Positions 40,067 through 56,004 of a stretch of DNA of 64,000 bases are shown here, one piece after another. Where the stretch lies: positions 24,554,001 to 24,618,000 of the forward strand of contig NC_087437.1 in NCBI RefSeq assembly GCF_036321535.1. Direction: 5' to 3'. Position numbers and translations under genes: made by a program. Each line of letters starts with the position of its first letter. Within the stretch, counting starts at the first letter, position 1. The notes below the pieces were generated by a model. The model was not told where the DNA came from. It made no database searches and saw only the letters and a list, made by a program, of their open reading frames with translations. This DNA comes from Camelus dromedarius (taxonomy: Eukaryota).

Positions 40067-41330
40067 CACAACTGCTCCCTCTCCCCTCCCCAACCCCCAT
40101 CTCATGCGTCTACTGCTCATGCGCTCTGACCCGGGCACCGATTCTTTTCTCTACTGGTGAGCCCCCTCCCCCTTCTCTCCCGAAAGCTGGGCAGCTCTGC
40201 TTTGCCTCGCCGCTCTTGGAAGTGAGCGGGGCTGGGCTGTGCCTGCATTCACGAAGACTTTGGGGAGGGGGCGTTACGCTGCACGTAATGTCCAGAGGGC
40301 AGACCAGAGTACCCGGGCCTGCTGGGGCTGATGGGCAGCACCAGGCGTGCCCGGACGACGGCCTGCTTCAGCAGCTTGTCCCAGGAGTCAGGAGTAGGCG
40401 AGGGCCAGGATCCAGGGAGGACAGGCGGCTGCAGACTAGGCGGCCGGGAGCAGAGGAACTGTTAGGCTAGAGGCCCTTAAGCCTAATTTTGTTTTCACAC
40501 TTTCTCCGAATTTCCTAGTGTCGCTCTGCGCTCTCTCCCTCTCTTTTTCTCTCGCTCTCCTTTCCCCGAACCCCCTGACCACACTCGCCTTCCTACTTGG
40601 ATCCTTTCTTCTCCCCTCCCCTCCTCCCTTCTCTCCAGTCCATTCTTCCCAGTTAGCCTTGCCGGCTCCTCCTCCCGGGTGTCTGGAGCGCCCGGAGACG
40701 GGCAGACCCGAGAATCTGGCCCTGAATCGGGACCAAGGAGTGGGCTGGAGACGGTGATGATCTGGGAGAAACTGGCTTCGAACCCACACCTTCCTCCTGA
40801 GCGGGCCTAAGAATTCTCCCCTCCGCAAATCACACCGATCCTCGGGCCGATGGGCCAAAGAAACAAAGGCGAGCGCAGCGCAGCGAGGAGCAGGTCCTCA
40901 GCCCCAGGTCTCACACTGTTAATTTGCTGGCTGAAGCTCTGTACCCTGCCGCCAGACAGAGCCTCTGGGAAAAGGGGCTTAAGAATCGCTTCCACTTTCG
41001 GGTCCCTCCGGCCACTTGTTGCCCACGGCCCGGCCAGTCTATCTTTTTCGCTTGCCTTCACGGCTTTTTCGCTTGCCAAGTTTCCCGGCCCAGGCAGACA
41101 GAATGACTGCGGGCCTCGGCCTCCTCTCCCGAGACGCCCTCCTGGGCTGCGGGTTCCGCTATCTTGGGGCTGGGGGTCGGCCAGTGGGAAAAACCTTCAG
41201 TTCTGGCCCGGCCGAGTGTGGCATAAACAGAGGGGAGTGTCCTTTGTTTGCGCCGACCGGCTAGGGCCGGCTGCACAGCCCGGCGATTTAAAGAGCCCTA
41301 AATCCTGCCCTGCACTCAGTAGCCGAAAAT
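38600..41330. promoter_or_regulatory. CpG island over the ZIC4 finger 1-3 exon and intron 2
   Basis: Dense CpG; minus-strand CCAAT (39957-39953) and CRE-like TGACGTC (39979-39973). Confidence 0.75.
40008..40062. repeat. (CG)n(CA)n alternating purine-pyrimidine microsatellite
   Basis: cacgcgcgcgcgcgcacacaca... directly visible. Confidence 0.95.
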
Positions 41331-42399
41331 GCCAGCGTAAGTACTTGGGCCTCCCTGCGGCCATAGAAAGCTCCCTCAAAGCAGTGAAAGGCTTGGATTT
41401 TTAAGGATTGAGTGAAAGACCCCGTTCCCCTAGCAGAGGTGAGAAGTTTGGACGGATTACAAGAACTCCTTGATTGAGCTGCCCCACCCATCCCCAGCAC
41501 CAAGGACTATTCTTAAACATTTCCTGGTCAGTAAATACAGTCGAGCGCTGCGTTTTTTTAAATAATTAACTTATTTATAATAGTTGGCAGATTCTTTGAG
41601 ACCTTCATTTAATGCATTGTTCCCCACTCAGGGCTGCATTTTAGCAGGGGATTAACTTCCACAATTTCCCTCGGCTTTGACAAGTCCAGGTCTTTCTGCT
41701 CCTCCAGCCGGAAGAGCTTAAGCAAACTACCAATAGATGCTGCGTTAGCACTGAAAAAAAAAAAGTTGAAGGGAGAGCATTTGACAGCCGAACCTCTTCT
41801 ACTCTGGAAACCAAGGAGACTTCCACACAGCAGTGTTGATGCTACACTTTGAAGATTTGTCTCCTTTCCTGGCTTCACACTCTCACTTTCTGGGATTTAG
41901 CCCCTCTGCTCACAGGTGCCTCCTCTCTGTTTCCCCACCCTGTTTTCCCTTCCTCAAAGCACTGGCCAGGTCCTGTTTGCAGGTGTTCCCACTTCTTAGT
42001 GAGTGGTATCAAGGCTTCCCACAGCGAAAATGTCTAGGCAAACCCGTGAAGGGCTCTGAAAACAACAAAAACCAAAACCCAAAACCAAACCAGTGTGTCT
42101 CTTTCTGAAACTCCTTGCCCAGTCATTTGTTTCCCCTAGCCATTCCTCAACACAGAACTTAGTCAACTCCTTCTGGAGCATTCAGGCCTTAGTGCTGGGG
42201 CACTTCTGCTGCAGTCCAGCAATTAAAATATTTTCTTTCCCATCTGAAAGAAGGTGATCTACAATCTGCTGTTCAGGATGTTTGTCAAACTCGCCATCTA
42301 CTTTGGCTTCCATTAAAACTCTGATTTGCACAAAAATGGATCACTTAGTATATACACTGTGACCACATCTGCATCTAAAGCTTTGAACAACAGTACAGA

Positions 42400-42612
42400 A
42401 CAGGGATAGTTAAGTTGTTTATGCTATGGGCCCTTTTGAAAGCTTGATGAAGCTAGTGAACTTTAATAATCCTGTGTTTGCTACTCACAGCCATAATAGA
42501 AGAGAACTATAACGTTCCATTCCAAGGCGGTGAAAACTAAGATGCAATTTTTTTCCCATCCCAACTTGTGGACCTCCTGAATTCTAAGCACTGATTCCAT
42601 AGACTCCAGGGA
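42400..42612. mobile_element. Possible degenerate hAT-type MITE
   Basis: atgggcccttttgaaagcttgatgaagcta...tggacctcctgaa...tccatagactccagg resembles old Charlie-family MITEs; family not assignable. Confidence 0.3.
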
Positions 42613-45088
42613 ATAGAAGTAGAGGCTTTATATATATATATAGATTGTTTCTACACAACACACTTTCTCATAATAAATTTACCCTTGAAAAGCTTTGAAA
42701 ATGTGTATGGCTTTTTGTGCCAACAGTGAAAGGGCAGATACATCTGACTCAGCCAAATTCACCGACCGTAACCTGGCCCCAGGGAGTTCCTTCCCAGATG
42801 CAGCCTTCTCTTGAAGCACTGAAAACATCTGGACCCATCCTGGATAGATGCCTCTTGAGTAGTTAGGGGTCAGTCAACCTAAGGTCACTAAGATTGCCTG
42901 ATCTTTGCAAGTTCCTTGGAGCCACATGGTTTACGCCTTGTTTGGCTAAACAGAGCAATGGGACCAATGTCCTGAGGGACATTTCCCTAGGACAGAGATA
43001 GGGAGAAAAAAAGCCATTTCACTCATTAATATTTGTAGACGGGGTACTTTGGATGATGCCATCAGGGTCTTCAAGAAATATCTCTGAAATAAGCCCCAAA
43101 GCAGTATTTACCTAAACACAAACTGCAGGTGGGGCACCAATGTCAGGGAGGAATATTTTACTTTTCAGGGCCATTCCTTCCAGGGCTCAGGTAGCAAGGA
43201 TTCCAGGTTTTATTGACTATTCTTGAGCAGGACAAGTAGTAGTGTCCCTCAGTTGTGCTCTGAATTTTTCCTCCAGAAATTTCTCTCACCACACTGAATA
43301 CCAAATGCTTGACTGAAGCATTCTATTCCTAACCATGCTGGGGGGTATAGCGTTGTTGAGTTTACCTTTCTGCTTGATTTGCGGGGAAAAAAAGAGACAT
43401 CCTGCAGCCCGCAGATCTTCAGCAGAGGTCAAAGGAGCACTCGAGGTTTTCAAGGGGGACTGTTTAGAGCAAGTTCCACCCCCAGAGTCCAAACATCCTT
43501 CCCATGCCCAGAATCATGCCTTAAGCACCCTTGTTTACCCCAGCCATGACAAAGCTGTATCGTAAACTAAAGTGATTTTCTAGTCCTGCTATATAGACAT
43601 ATGACATTTGGTGGCCCTACCATCTTCCAGAGCTCCTCACATCACTGCCTCAAATGGGAGAATGTCTTAACTTCTCTTCTTTGTAGAGAAAAAGAAGTGG
43701 GGGAGATTTTAGATCAATAGTTGGCCTATTTTTCCACTTTGATCTTTTAAACAATGTTAAATGATGATTATCTGTCATGGGTTATACTCCGAGCAGGATC
43801 TCAGGAGCTGAGGGCCACTGCACAGAGCCTGACCAAGCACAAGACTTGTTACTTGAATGTTCTATACCTAGGTCTGTAGTCACTTGTTCAATCCTTTCTT
43901 CCCTGTTTCTGGCCAGTGTAACACCAAAACAAGAGGCAAGTGTCTTCATAGTCTATTCACAGACAGACTTCAAGATTCCGGTGAGAGGTTGTCCCTAGTC
44001 TTATGGGGTGCGGGGTGGGGGTAGACAACTTAAATCCCAGGAGCTTACTGTAGGACCGTGCCCAAATTGTACAAAGGAGATGAGCTCTATCAGAGTTTTG
44101 GAGATAAAGGAATATCTTCCTCCCCTATACTATAGAAATTTGGGCTTTAATTGCCATTAATGGAACTGAGTATGAAAGAAAATATGCTTGGATAAAACTT
44201 AATTTCCAAGCACCAGTTCTGCAAAACATCTTTTGACAAAAGATTAGGAAACACGGTTAAAGGATCTTCCAGAACAACATCTTTACATAATAACCACATC
44301 TCTCTTGAGAATTCTGCTATCAAATCATCCCAAAATAAGAGAGGAGACTCATTTCCTGAGTTGTCCATTTAACTTTTGTTCAGAAGGTTGCTTTTTCTAA
44401 GAACAAGGGAATACCTTGGAGGCAACCGTCCGCTGGTGGTGTAGTTGAAATAAGGAAAACTAGATGCCTGAAAGGGAAAACACTCAACCCTAAATCATAT
44501 GCTTATTCTAAATGGAATATTAAATTAAATTCTTCACAACGAAGGTATTCCTGACAGAGCGCCTGTCAGTCACTCCCCGTTCAGACACCACATTGTGGGA
44601 ACATCGTTGCTGCCACATTGCAGAAGGCTGGTGTCCCTGGTAAAGATGATGCATATCATGTAAACCCCATCACCAAGATCAAAGTCTGCTCCTTTCATGG
44701 AAGCCAATACATGTCAAACCTCATTCCAATCAAATCGTCCGGAAATGAATTCAAGATGAATATGTCATAGAATAATGTGACAGTGGAACTGCAGAAGGTC
44801 AGGGGTGGTTGTTTCAATGAGAGAGTCGTCAAATATTAATTCTAGAACGTCCAGATGAGTAGGCATTGAGGGGGATTAGCTGGCTGCTGGTGGGACGTTG
44901 TGTCGCTGATTTGTGTGCAAATGCATCAAACACCAAGGTGTTGTTCTCAGTTTCATTGGAACTCAAGAAACACCCCAAAACTCATGACCAACATAACCAA
45001 AAGACCAATTAAAGAAACATACAAAGATAGCTTCCTACTTAAAAAATAACTTCAGCAAACCAATAGTCAAAAGAGGATATTAACTTAC

Positions 45089-45158
45089 TTGACTCTTTCA
45101 GGGCGTTTCGGTAAAGGCGTATTCGTTTCCTCATCACCAAAGAAGTCTTGTATCTCAT
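45089..45158 (-). CDS. ZIC4: ZIC4 first coding exon (whole exon 45173-45089)
   Basis: Reverse complement ttcccag|ACTCAAAGTCAGAAA ATG... encodes MRYKTSLVMRKRIRLYRNALKES, the recognisable mammalian ZIC4 N-terminus; donor CAA|GTAAGT; 70 coding nt, phase 1. Too short for the ORF track. Confidence 0.93.
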
Positions 45159-48100
45159 TTTCTGACTTTGAGTCTGGGAAGAAAAGAGAGACAATCACTA
45201 GTTAAATAATTTCCTACATGTCTGTATGGCAAGACTGAAGCACCTGAATGTCTGAGGGAAAGAAAGTGTTGGTCTGAAGAGCTTTTCTATGTTTCTTTGA
45301 CTATTTACAAGATTGGAGGCAAAAGAGTACTGTGCTGGGAAGTACACATATTTACTGCAAAACTGTATTCCTGGTGACTAAAAAATATTAAAAATCATTA
45401 TTTCCCAACTAGATTTTTATCTAAAACTCATTTGTGAATCTCCCGTGCAGGTAGAGTTAAGCACCCTTTCAGTCAGTGTTCAAACATCTCTAACTCCAGA
45501 ATTTAAATTGATTGTATGGGAAGCCCCCAACATTTTCTTTAAGTTAACTACGTTTAGTGAGAGGGAGGGCTGGGTGTCCTCTCGGAGTTTAGCAGGTTAA
45601 AAATTGAGTTGTGAGTGTTGGTCCTGATAGGAGAGGGATTTCTCTGCAGATTGTAGATCCTGTTATGGCCATGGTGGTGTGGAATCCTTAACCCTCACAT
45701 GGCTTCCACCACCTAACCCATTTGCAAGGCATCCCTGGTTGGTTTTTCAAAGTTACTATAAAATTGATCAGATGAGGGAGATCGTTTCTATCATCTGATC
45801 CTGCTGTCCACATTTCTTAGTTAAGAAAGTCAGAAATAAATAACCCTCCACCCCCTCAAATATTTGCACTCCTTTCAGATTCACTTTGTGCATAGAGCTA
45901 CCCAATCTTTGGCCACCTAAAAGCCTGAAACCCATCCTGGGGACTTCTGCATCCATCAGGCAAGGCGAAAGGCAGTGGAGTAGCCAGACAGAGGCGATTC
46001 ACCCAGCCCCAACCCTCCATTTGGCCTAGAAAGACAAACAGTCATTGAAAAGGTCTCAGGCTGGACAAACACAGCAAGCTCTCTGTCAATGAGGACGTCT
46101 GCCTGTCTTGACACTCCAGCCCCCAGAACAAGCGGTTGTTTAACTTGTTGAACCACAGGCCAAATCCAAGTGGGGCTCTGCTATCTCAAAGGCTTTCCAG
46201 TTCTCTATGCTCAAAGATCTCTTTCTCCCTCCCTCAGCCCCGAACCCGGACTTGAACTAGCTTGGGTGTTTTCACCCTCCCCTCACCCTTGTTTTCGAGG
46301 TCCAAGCCTGAGGGGGTGGGGGTAGGGGGTTAGACTCACCTTTTCCCAGAGGGTTTTATTTATTTTCAGTTCTTTCTAACCAAAAGGCATCTGTTCCCAA
46401 AGGTAAGAAGCTCCTTCCTGCACAAATCAGGAAAGAAAGGAAGCCCAACTTTGCATTCCTACAGAAGGGCGGCATGCTGGGCGTCCTTGCTCTAAAATTT
46501 CCTCATGGCAGGATGTCTGGCACGGGGAAAAGTCCTGGTTGGTTGGAACTAATAGAATTTACTTTTTTGCTTCAGAGGGAAATGGGTGTGAGTTTCCCTA
46601 GAGAACTCTGTCCACCAGCAATGCTGTCCCCGAGCCCTCCACTTAAGAGGCCTGGGTCATTTCTACCCCAAGGTCCTGGCAGTCTTTTGTGCATTAGAAA
46701 CCCACAGACATGCAAACAAACGTTTCAGAGGCTGGACTTCAGGCAGGCAACTGGGACCGACCTTAAGCTACTCCTGTAGCAGCTCCATCACTGGCCTGTA
46801 CACCGAACCCAGGTAAATACCTCCTCCTTTGGTTCAAATTCTGACTCTACTTAACAAGCCAGTCATCTCGCTGAAGGATGAGTGGAAAAATCTAGGAGCA
46901 GTCCTTGGGCCCCTAGATCTGAGTTCCCCACCAACCCAGATATATATAAACCTCAAAAACACTCAGCTTGGTTTTCCCCAAATGATTGCTCCTGACTTGT
47001 CTCCTCACACCAGCCCTGAGCACTGAATCACCAGCAAAGGGCACAACCTGGAGACTTAGAATCCACCTTCCTTCCTACACCTTGAGAAAAGGAAAAGTGC
47101 CAATGAGCTTCAGTAATTGATTCTGCTAGGGGAGAGCCCTGACAGTGGGCCGGTGTGTACAGGCAAAAGGCATCATTTTTCTTTGGGGGAACACCAAGGC
47201 TGCACGTTGTGGGGTCGCCCTAGCAGGCGCAGGCCTGACCAAGGTCAGAGGTCGTCTTCAGCCTGCTTCCCAAGCCAGCAACTTCAGTCCCTGAGCCTTC
47301 CCCGCTGCTCCACCCTGATTAACCCGCAGGCACGCCGGCAAAGTCATGCCCGCTTCTCGGCCAGAGATCCGCTGGCAGGGCGGGTGCAGAGCAGGGGCCC
47401 TGCAGGCTGCCTGGGAGCTCCCGGGCCAAAGTCAAAACCCGGCTCTTGGCCTCTGCCCGTGGCCTGAAGTCGCCAGCTGTACCCGGCAGCTACCTGGCTC
47501 CCCTCCAGTGGGCCCTCGAGCACCAGAAAGTTGGGCTGAGAGGCTGGGTTGTGAGACAGCCTTTTCTCATTCTTCTGTTCCCTAGAGGGAAGAGCCCGGG
47601 ATCCTCCAGCTCGGGGTGAAGACTGGGCGACCTCCGTCTGCCCAGAAGAGAATCTGTGTTTGCAGGTCACTTGAAGGAACAGCCTGGACATTTAACCGTC
47701 CCTTGGAACCAGCCCGTGGCTAGACAGAGGAAGGGAACGCGGTGCCCCGTCCAGGGTCGCTCTGAGGCCAGTGTTGTTGGGAAGAGGGTAGAAATATGAC
47801 CTTGGAATCCAAAGGGAGTTTCCTGCAGACGGTGCACACCAACTCACAGCCCCTCCAACGCCCCTTTGCCATTCCTAAGAACTTGCTGTCTCCCAGCTTT
47901 CCCCATGGACCATTCATCAACCCCAAACTTTCCGGTTAAACCTTTGAAGCAGTTCTAGCTTTCTTTCACAGCCTGATTCAGTTCCCGTCCCACTTGCCCC
48001 TAATTTCCAGTGCCTCTAGGGTAGTGCCCAGAATCCCAGGTGGCTGCGGCCTTCTCCCTTGAGAGCTAGTCGCAGCTTTCGATCGCATCCAGGAGAAAGA

Positions 48101-48801
48101 AAGCCAAGACCCAAACCCATGGCCGGCCTCGAGCAATGGGCGGATCCCAGCGGTCAGCATCCTGAGGCAGGACCAGACTGCTTGAGGGTGAGGATCCCAG
48201 CCCTGTAGCGGACCCAGCCGGCGTCCCCCGTCAGGTTGGGGTGGAGAAGCTCTGTCATCTTGCTGCCAGGAGGGCTAACTTGGCTCCTTTGACCCTGGAG
48301 AGGAGAAGCCGTGCCCTTCCCTGCCATGCCCGTGGGGGCAGGGAGGAGAAGCTGCCTTCAGGGACCCCCTCCCTACGCGAGCCCGGCTCACTCGGGGAGA
48401 GAGGAGCTCTGGGCCACGACTCCCCTTCTTGTGCCAAAGGTGGGCACCTAGGCAATCTACAGGGAGGAGAGAGAAGGCGGGCAGGCAGCAAGCTGCTCTT
48501 GGTCCGCATGCCAGTGGGAGCCCCATTCGTCCCCCTTTCACCACTCCCTCTGGGAAGAAGGGATGGACTCATCCCCAGCGCTGCCCCTTGGCGTAAGGGC
48601 CCCCTCCTCCCCTCAATGTCAGTGGGGTGGGGCCTGTCCCTACGGTTGGGGGGCTAAGGAGGGAGGAGGTGAGGGAGAAAATCTAGCTGGGCCTCTTACC
48701 CCAAAGGGGTTTGGGTGCCCATGGCCCCGATAAGGGTGCTTCCTACCTGGCTGCTGATGGTCCAGGTCCAGTCTCTCTGCCCCCTGGACTCACACACTTA
48801 C

Positions 48802-48977
48802 CCCGCTCCACCTGTTGCCAGGATCGCCTCATTTCTGCACATCACTTTGGGGTGGCTGAAGGGGGACCACAAACCCCTCCAAGCCTCTCTTTTGTGGTTC
48901 CAGCGAGGCGGTCATCTTTCATTTCTCTTTTTCCAGCTTTCGGGAAGCAGTTAGGGAATGTATGATGAAGCAGAAAT
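48802..48977 (-). other. ZIC4: ZIC4 putative noncoding first exon
   Basis: Minus-strand Inr TCATTTC (+1 at 48977) lies about 32 nt downstream of a TATA-like ATATAA; strong donor GGG|GTAAGT at 48802/48801. Confidence 0.65.
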
Positions 48978-49030
48978 GAGCCGTCAGGATGATATTTTAA
49001 TGGCTTATATGTCACGTTGGTGCATGTGGC
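48970..49030 (-). promoter_or_regulatory. ZIC4: ZIC4 core promoter (TATA-like + Inr)
   Basis: Minus-strand ATATAA (49010-49005) at canonical spacing to the Inr at 48977; diverges from the ZIC1 promoter about 2.8 kb away. Confidence 0.55.
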
Positions 49031-51559
49031 TTTGAACTGGAGCCTCTTGCGTTTCCTGCAGAGAGCGCCGCAAATCCCACTTGATAACTTCTACAACCCA
49101 CAACTTTTTTTTTTCTCACATTCACTCTTACCCTGTATATTTGGACGCGTTTCCTAAAAATACCCTCTTCTCAACGTCCCCCTTGGATTTTCCACGGACT
49201 GGAGAGGAGAGGACTGACTTTTCTTTTTTGAAGAATTATTTTCCCTCTCCCCCTCCCAATGGCTACCCTTCTCCCCTCAGGTCCCCTCCCTTATTTTTTT
49301 TGAAAGGCAGGCGAGGTGGGTTCAATATTTGTTCCCCCTGGTGAAAGCAGCACAGCCTCTGGAGAACACTTCTCCTTGCAGATAGGATTTTACAACCGCA
49401 GTGGAGGCAGGATCCAAATTCCCCTTGTAGGCAGCAGAAAAGACTCTGAGTGGCTCTGACATATCTTTTTTGAACAAAGTGTGTAATAGTTCCTTAAAAA
49501 ACCCACTCCTCAAGCCCCAGCCCTTTGCCTCCATTCCCCATCCTTGTTCCACTCAACGTTGGCAGGGAATTCGGGGGCTGCTGTACTCAGACTTGTTGCT
49601 GGGGACCGAATATTTGAATTTTTTTTTTTCGTTCTCAAATTTCTATTTCCCAGCACAACAAGCACAAAGCTCGGCCAGGTCCCGTCAGACACCGGGAAAC
49701 CATCCCAGCTACAGAAGTCTAGTTTTGAGCAGGGAGAGCCCAGGGAAAGGGCAGCTCAGCTCGTCAACCCCAAGCAAGAATCTGGTCGATGAAAAGCCCA
49801 GAAAACCAGAAAAGAGGAGAGGCCGACGCTGACCCTGCCTTTCTCCAACATGGGCAACCTGAGCAGGAAACCGGGCAAAAAATACTCATTTTCATTTTCC
49901 TCTCGCCCGGGCACTGGTGAGTTTCCTAACGGGGCCGCCTGTGAAAGGATGAGTTGAGGTCTCTTTGTCTGGGAAAAGAGTTTAGGGCTCTGATTCAGCT
50001 GCAAAGAAGCCAAATGAAGTTAGAAACAAAGGGCAAATTGAAGGATTCCGACTCTTGGCTTTTTGTGTTTTCCTTACTAGAAAATAATTAGACCTAATGA
50101 ATATGCAGACGCTTCAGCTAAACCCTCGGCCCAGGCTGTTGGGTTTTAAACAGAGCTGCGGAGAAATGCAACCTTCATCCCCCAACCCCCCGCATCCGCG
50201 TGCATTTTTTGAAATGCATAAATGTTGCTCGCCTTAATTGATTGAGTCACAGGGATTTTTCCCCCCTGCTTTTAAGTGCCATACTCCTCTACCTTTCAAC
50301 AATCATTTTAATATATAGTCAATGGCTCTTTGTGGACGGGACAAAAAGCAACTACGCGCAGTTGTTGAATAGACTTTGCGCTGGGCAAAGACAGGTTAAT
50401 CGAGGGCCGCATCGCGAAAACAAGCGAGTGTTGTATGTTTGCACTGAATCCAAATGTCTGCATTTTCCTAACTAAATCAAAGGGAGTGTTATTTCTTTTT
50501 CTGCTCACTCATCTGAAGGTAAGTAAATTTTCTCTGGCGATCAAAAGCCTGGTCGGCAACAAAGACCGCGCCCGCTTTTTCCACCGTCCTGGTGTGGCGA
50601 GTTGCGGAATTTCAATAACTGTGACAAGGGTGACTGATTTGTGAACTAGAAAAGGTTTGAATGTCACAAAATTTACATTGGTCCTATCTATCGGAGATTT
50701 AAATACCAAAAAAGTATTCGGGGATTTCTAGGGAGCTTTGGGCAGTCCTGAAGAACAATGGCGCGTTGGGAAATTTACAGTTTTACCTGAATGAAAGGGG
50801 CCCGGGTTGGGAACAGGAGTGCAGAGGGAGGGGTTAGCGGGGGCAGACAAGGGAGACTAGGGGAAAGAGAGAAAAGAATAGAATAACACAGGAGAGGAAA
50901 AAAGGAAAAATCGGCAACAATGTTTTCAATTTGCTAACAACAGCAACAACAACAAAAACCCTCAACCTGCAAAGTTAGGGCTCCCATCCACCTGTGCTTA
51001 TTTTGGGGAGGGGGAGGAAGGAGGGAGCAGGAAGCCTGATAGATTTGATAAAAGTGAGAAAATCGAGGCAAACAGTTATCCTGAGAAATCACATTTCTTG
51101 TAAAGAGAGAGTGGAGTGCCTGTGTGCTCCAGAGATCTTAAATTATAAACAGGAGGGGGACGAAGCAAGAGGGAAGAGAACTTCAAAAGGAGCAAATAAC
51201 AAAAGCCTCCTTTGCTGCCCTCCAAGGCGCGGAGAGGGGGAAAGAAAGAAAAGAAAGTTGCTGAATCGGGACATTCTGGAAGTGCCTTAGCTGTGTTTAC
51301 CAGCCCCATCCCCGCCTCCTGTTCTCGGAGACTCCCGAATTCGCTAATCGCTCAGCTAAGAGCAGGTTTGAAGGACAAGATAGAGAAGGAGAGAAACAGA
51401 GAGATGCAGAGGAAGAGAGAGAGGGAGAGGGATAAGAATAAAGAGAGAGAGAGAGAATGTGCATGACTGCGAAAAGGAAAAGAAATCGTGGCAAAAATGT
51501 TTTTCCATGAGAAGAGGGAAAATTTTGGCTAAAAAAAAAAGTTGCTACTCCTGGCAGCC

Positions 51560-53593
<2,034 letters not shown>

Positions 53594-54940
53594 TGAGCAA
53601 AAACGACCTTGGCTGGGTCTGGAAGTCAGGTTCCAGCAGCCAGAGAAAGTGTGAACTGGTTTTTAGTTTAAGGCTTGAAATGCTAATAAAGTACAGAGGG
53701 GGTCGGACCAGAAGGATCTAGGGATATAGATTTTAAAATGAGAAATAAGAAACGCCGAGAGAGAAGAGTCAAACATGGCTTTACGGAGCCCTTGGTGCGC
53801 GCGGAGCCGGGATAGATGGCTAGCTGGCTCCGGCGTCTGCCGAGGCGCCAGCCGCTCCAGTTGCAGGCAAATCTAAATGTTTGCTTCAGGCCAGCATCAT
53901 TCTCTACGCACCTTAGTGAGGACTTTGCCAAAGGAAGGAACTGAGGAAGCTGGAGGAAATCAGTGAAGGAGCATGGAAAGAAACAAAAACAGAGACAGAA
54001 AAGGGGGGCGTGGGTAGTGGCAAAAGCAAGTAAGTCGGGCCTGAGGCGGCTTTTGGCGGCTTACGCATATTTTAAGAGCTCCAATTCTAGTAGTGACTTG
54101 TTTGTAAGTAGGCTTCAGAAGTCAGGAGAGTCGGTAGACAGGGAAGTCCTTTTGGTCAATTAGATTCTGTGAGAAGGCTTTCAAAACACCGAATGCCCTG
54201 AGTTGGCCTTTAAAAATAAAAGAGATCGGTTGGGAACAAATAAAAGTTCGCAGCGAGTGCAGGGCTGTAGCCTGGGTCGGGCAGGCCATTCTGAGTCTCT
54301 TGGGCTAACAAGGCCAGGAATCCAGGCTGCTTCCCTGTTCTGGTTCCCCCGGGTGTTTTCTGAGAACCGCACTTGGAACTTGGTGTTTAACGCCGGTGTC
54401 AGGGAAGAACTTGCGGCGCCGAGCTCTTGGCCCAGATTACCCTATAAAATGTGAGTGTGTATAGGGGGTGGGGTGGGGTGGGGGCGGCGACGAGGGGGGT
54501 GCGGAGCGTCGGGGAGGGGTAGGGGGAGGAGAGAAGAGCAAAACAGCAGGAGAATCAGCCCAGAATGTGAAAATTAGAAACCGAGAGCTAGGTAGAAGCT
54601 GCCCGAAGTCATCTTGTACAGCCCCGTGCCGAAAAAGCAGCCACCAGCACTGCTGCTACTCTGGGATCTAAAAAACTACCAGCATTACTACTACTGCTAA
54701 TAATAAAATAATAAAATCTGGATCTAATTGGATTAGAAGTTAAAATAGTTCAGATAGTTACAATTCCATTGCCTATATTTGACTTTATTAAAGACCCGGG
54801 TTTTGAGCTTGCAAAGTGCTAATGCTGGGCCGCTGCCTTTTTGTTTTGTTTTGTTTTTATTTTTTCTATTTGTTTGAATTTTTAAAAAGAATGGCGGGGG
54901 TTGTTCTAACCAGAACTTTGTTTCTCGCCTTTCGCACCAG

Positions 54941-55104
54941 GGGAGAAGCCCTTCAAGTGCGAGTTCGAAGGCTGCGACCGACGCTTTGCCAACAGCAGCG
55001 ATCGCAAGAAGCACATGCACGTGCACACAAGCGACAAGCCCTATCTTTGCAAGATGTGCGACAAGTCCTACACGCACCCCAGCTCGTTGCGCAAACACAT
55101 GAAG
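54941..55104 (+). CDS. ZIC1: ZIC1 coding exon 2 (zinc fingers 4-5)
   Basis: Acceptor tttctcgcctttcgcaccag|GG; encodes (G)[54 protein letters not shown]; donor AAG|GTAATC; 164 nt, phases match flanking exons. Confidence 0.98.
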
Positions 55105-55752
55105 GTAATCGCCGCGCTCTCGCCGCCGGCCTTGGAGCCAAGAGCCCGCTCAGCTCTGCGGCCGGGGTCGGGCGGCGAGTGGCAGCCGGGCGGTGACAGG
55201 AGCTGGTGGAGGCGGAAAGGCAATGGTTCCTCTCCACTTAGTGGGGCTGGGCAGAGAGGGCGGGGGCTGGAAAAGGGGAGGGGGGCACCCAAGGCCGTTC
55301 TAAATTTGCCGTTTAATAATAAAAGTCAAAGGAAGTGAGCACTTGAGCAGACGCTGTGACTGATGTGGAGCTAGGGCCGTCCCAGCGGGTTGATGCTGCC
55401 GAAGCTGTGGCCATGGTGGCTTGGCTGGCAGCGCTGGGCAGAGTTGGGGTCTTGCAGGCAGGCCTGAGCGCTTGCTCACCGAAATCTAAGCAAACAAAGT
55501 TCAGCGGCTGAGGGAGGGACCGTCTCTGGCTCCGGCCTCACATCCAGCCTCCCAGTTCCCAGATCTATTTTCTTTTGTGAGTCCCGGGGGGCACTGTGCC
55601 TCCCTGGAGCACTGCCTCTGCAGGGCCAGGCGGAACAAGCAAACCCAAGTCCCGCTGGTCGGGCCTCCCTTGAGTTGAAGGGGATCCATGGCTCGGGGGG
55701 GGCGGGGGGGGGGGCGCGCTTGGAGGCGGCACTCCGCTTTCACCCCTCCTAG

Positions 55753-56004
<252 letters not shown>

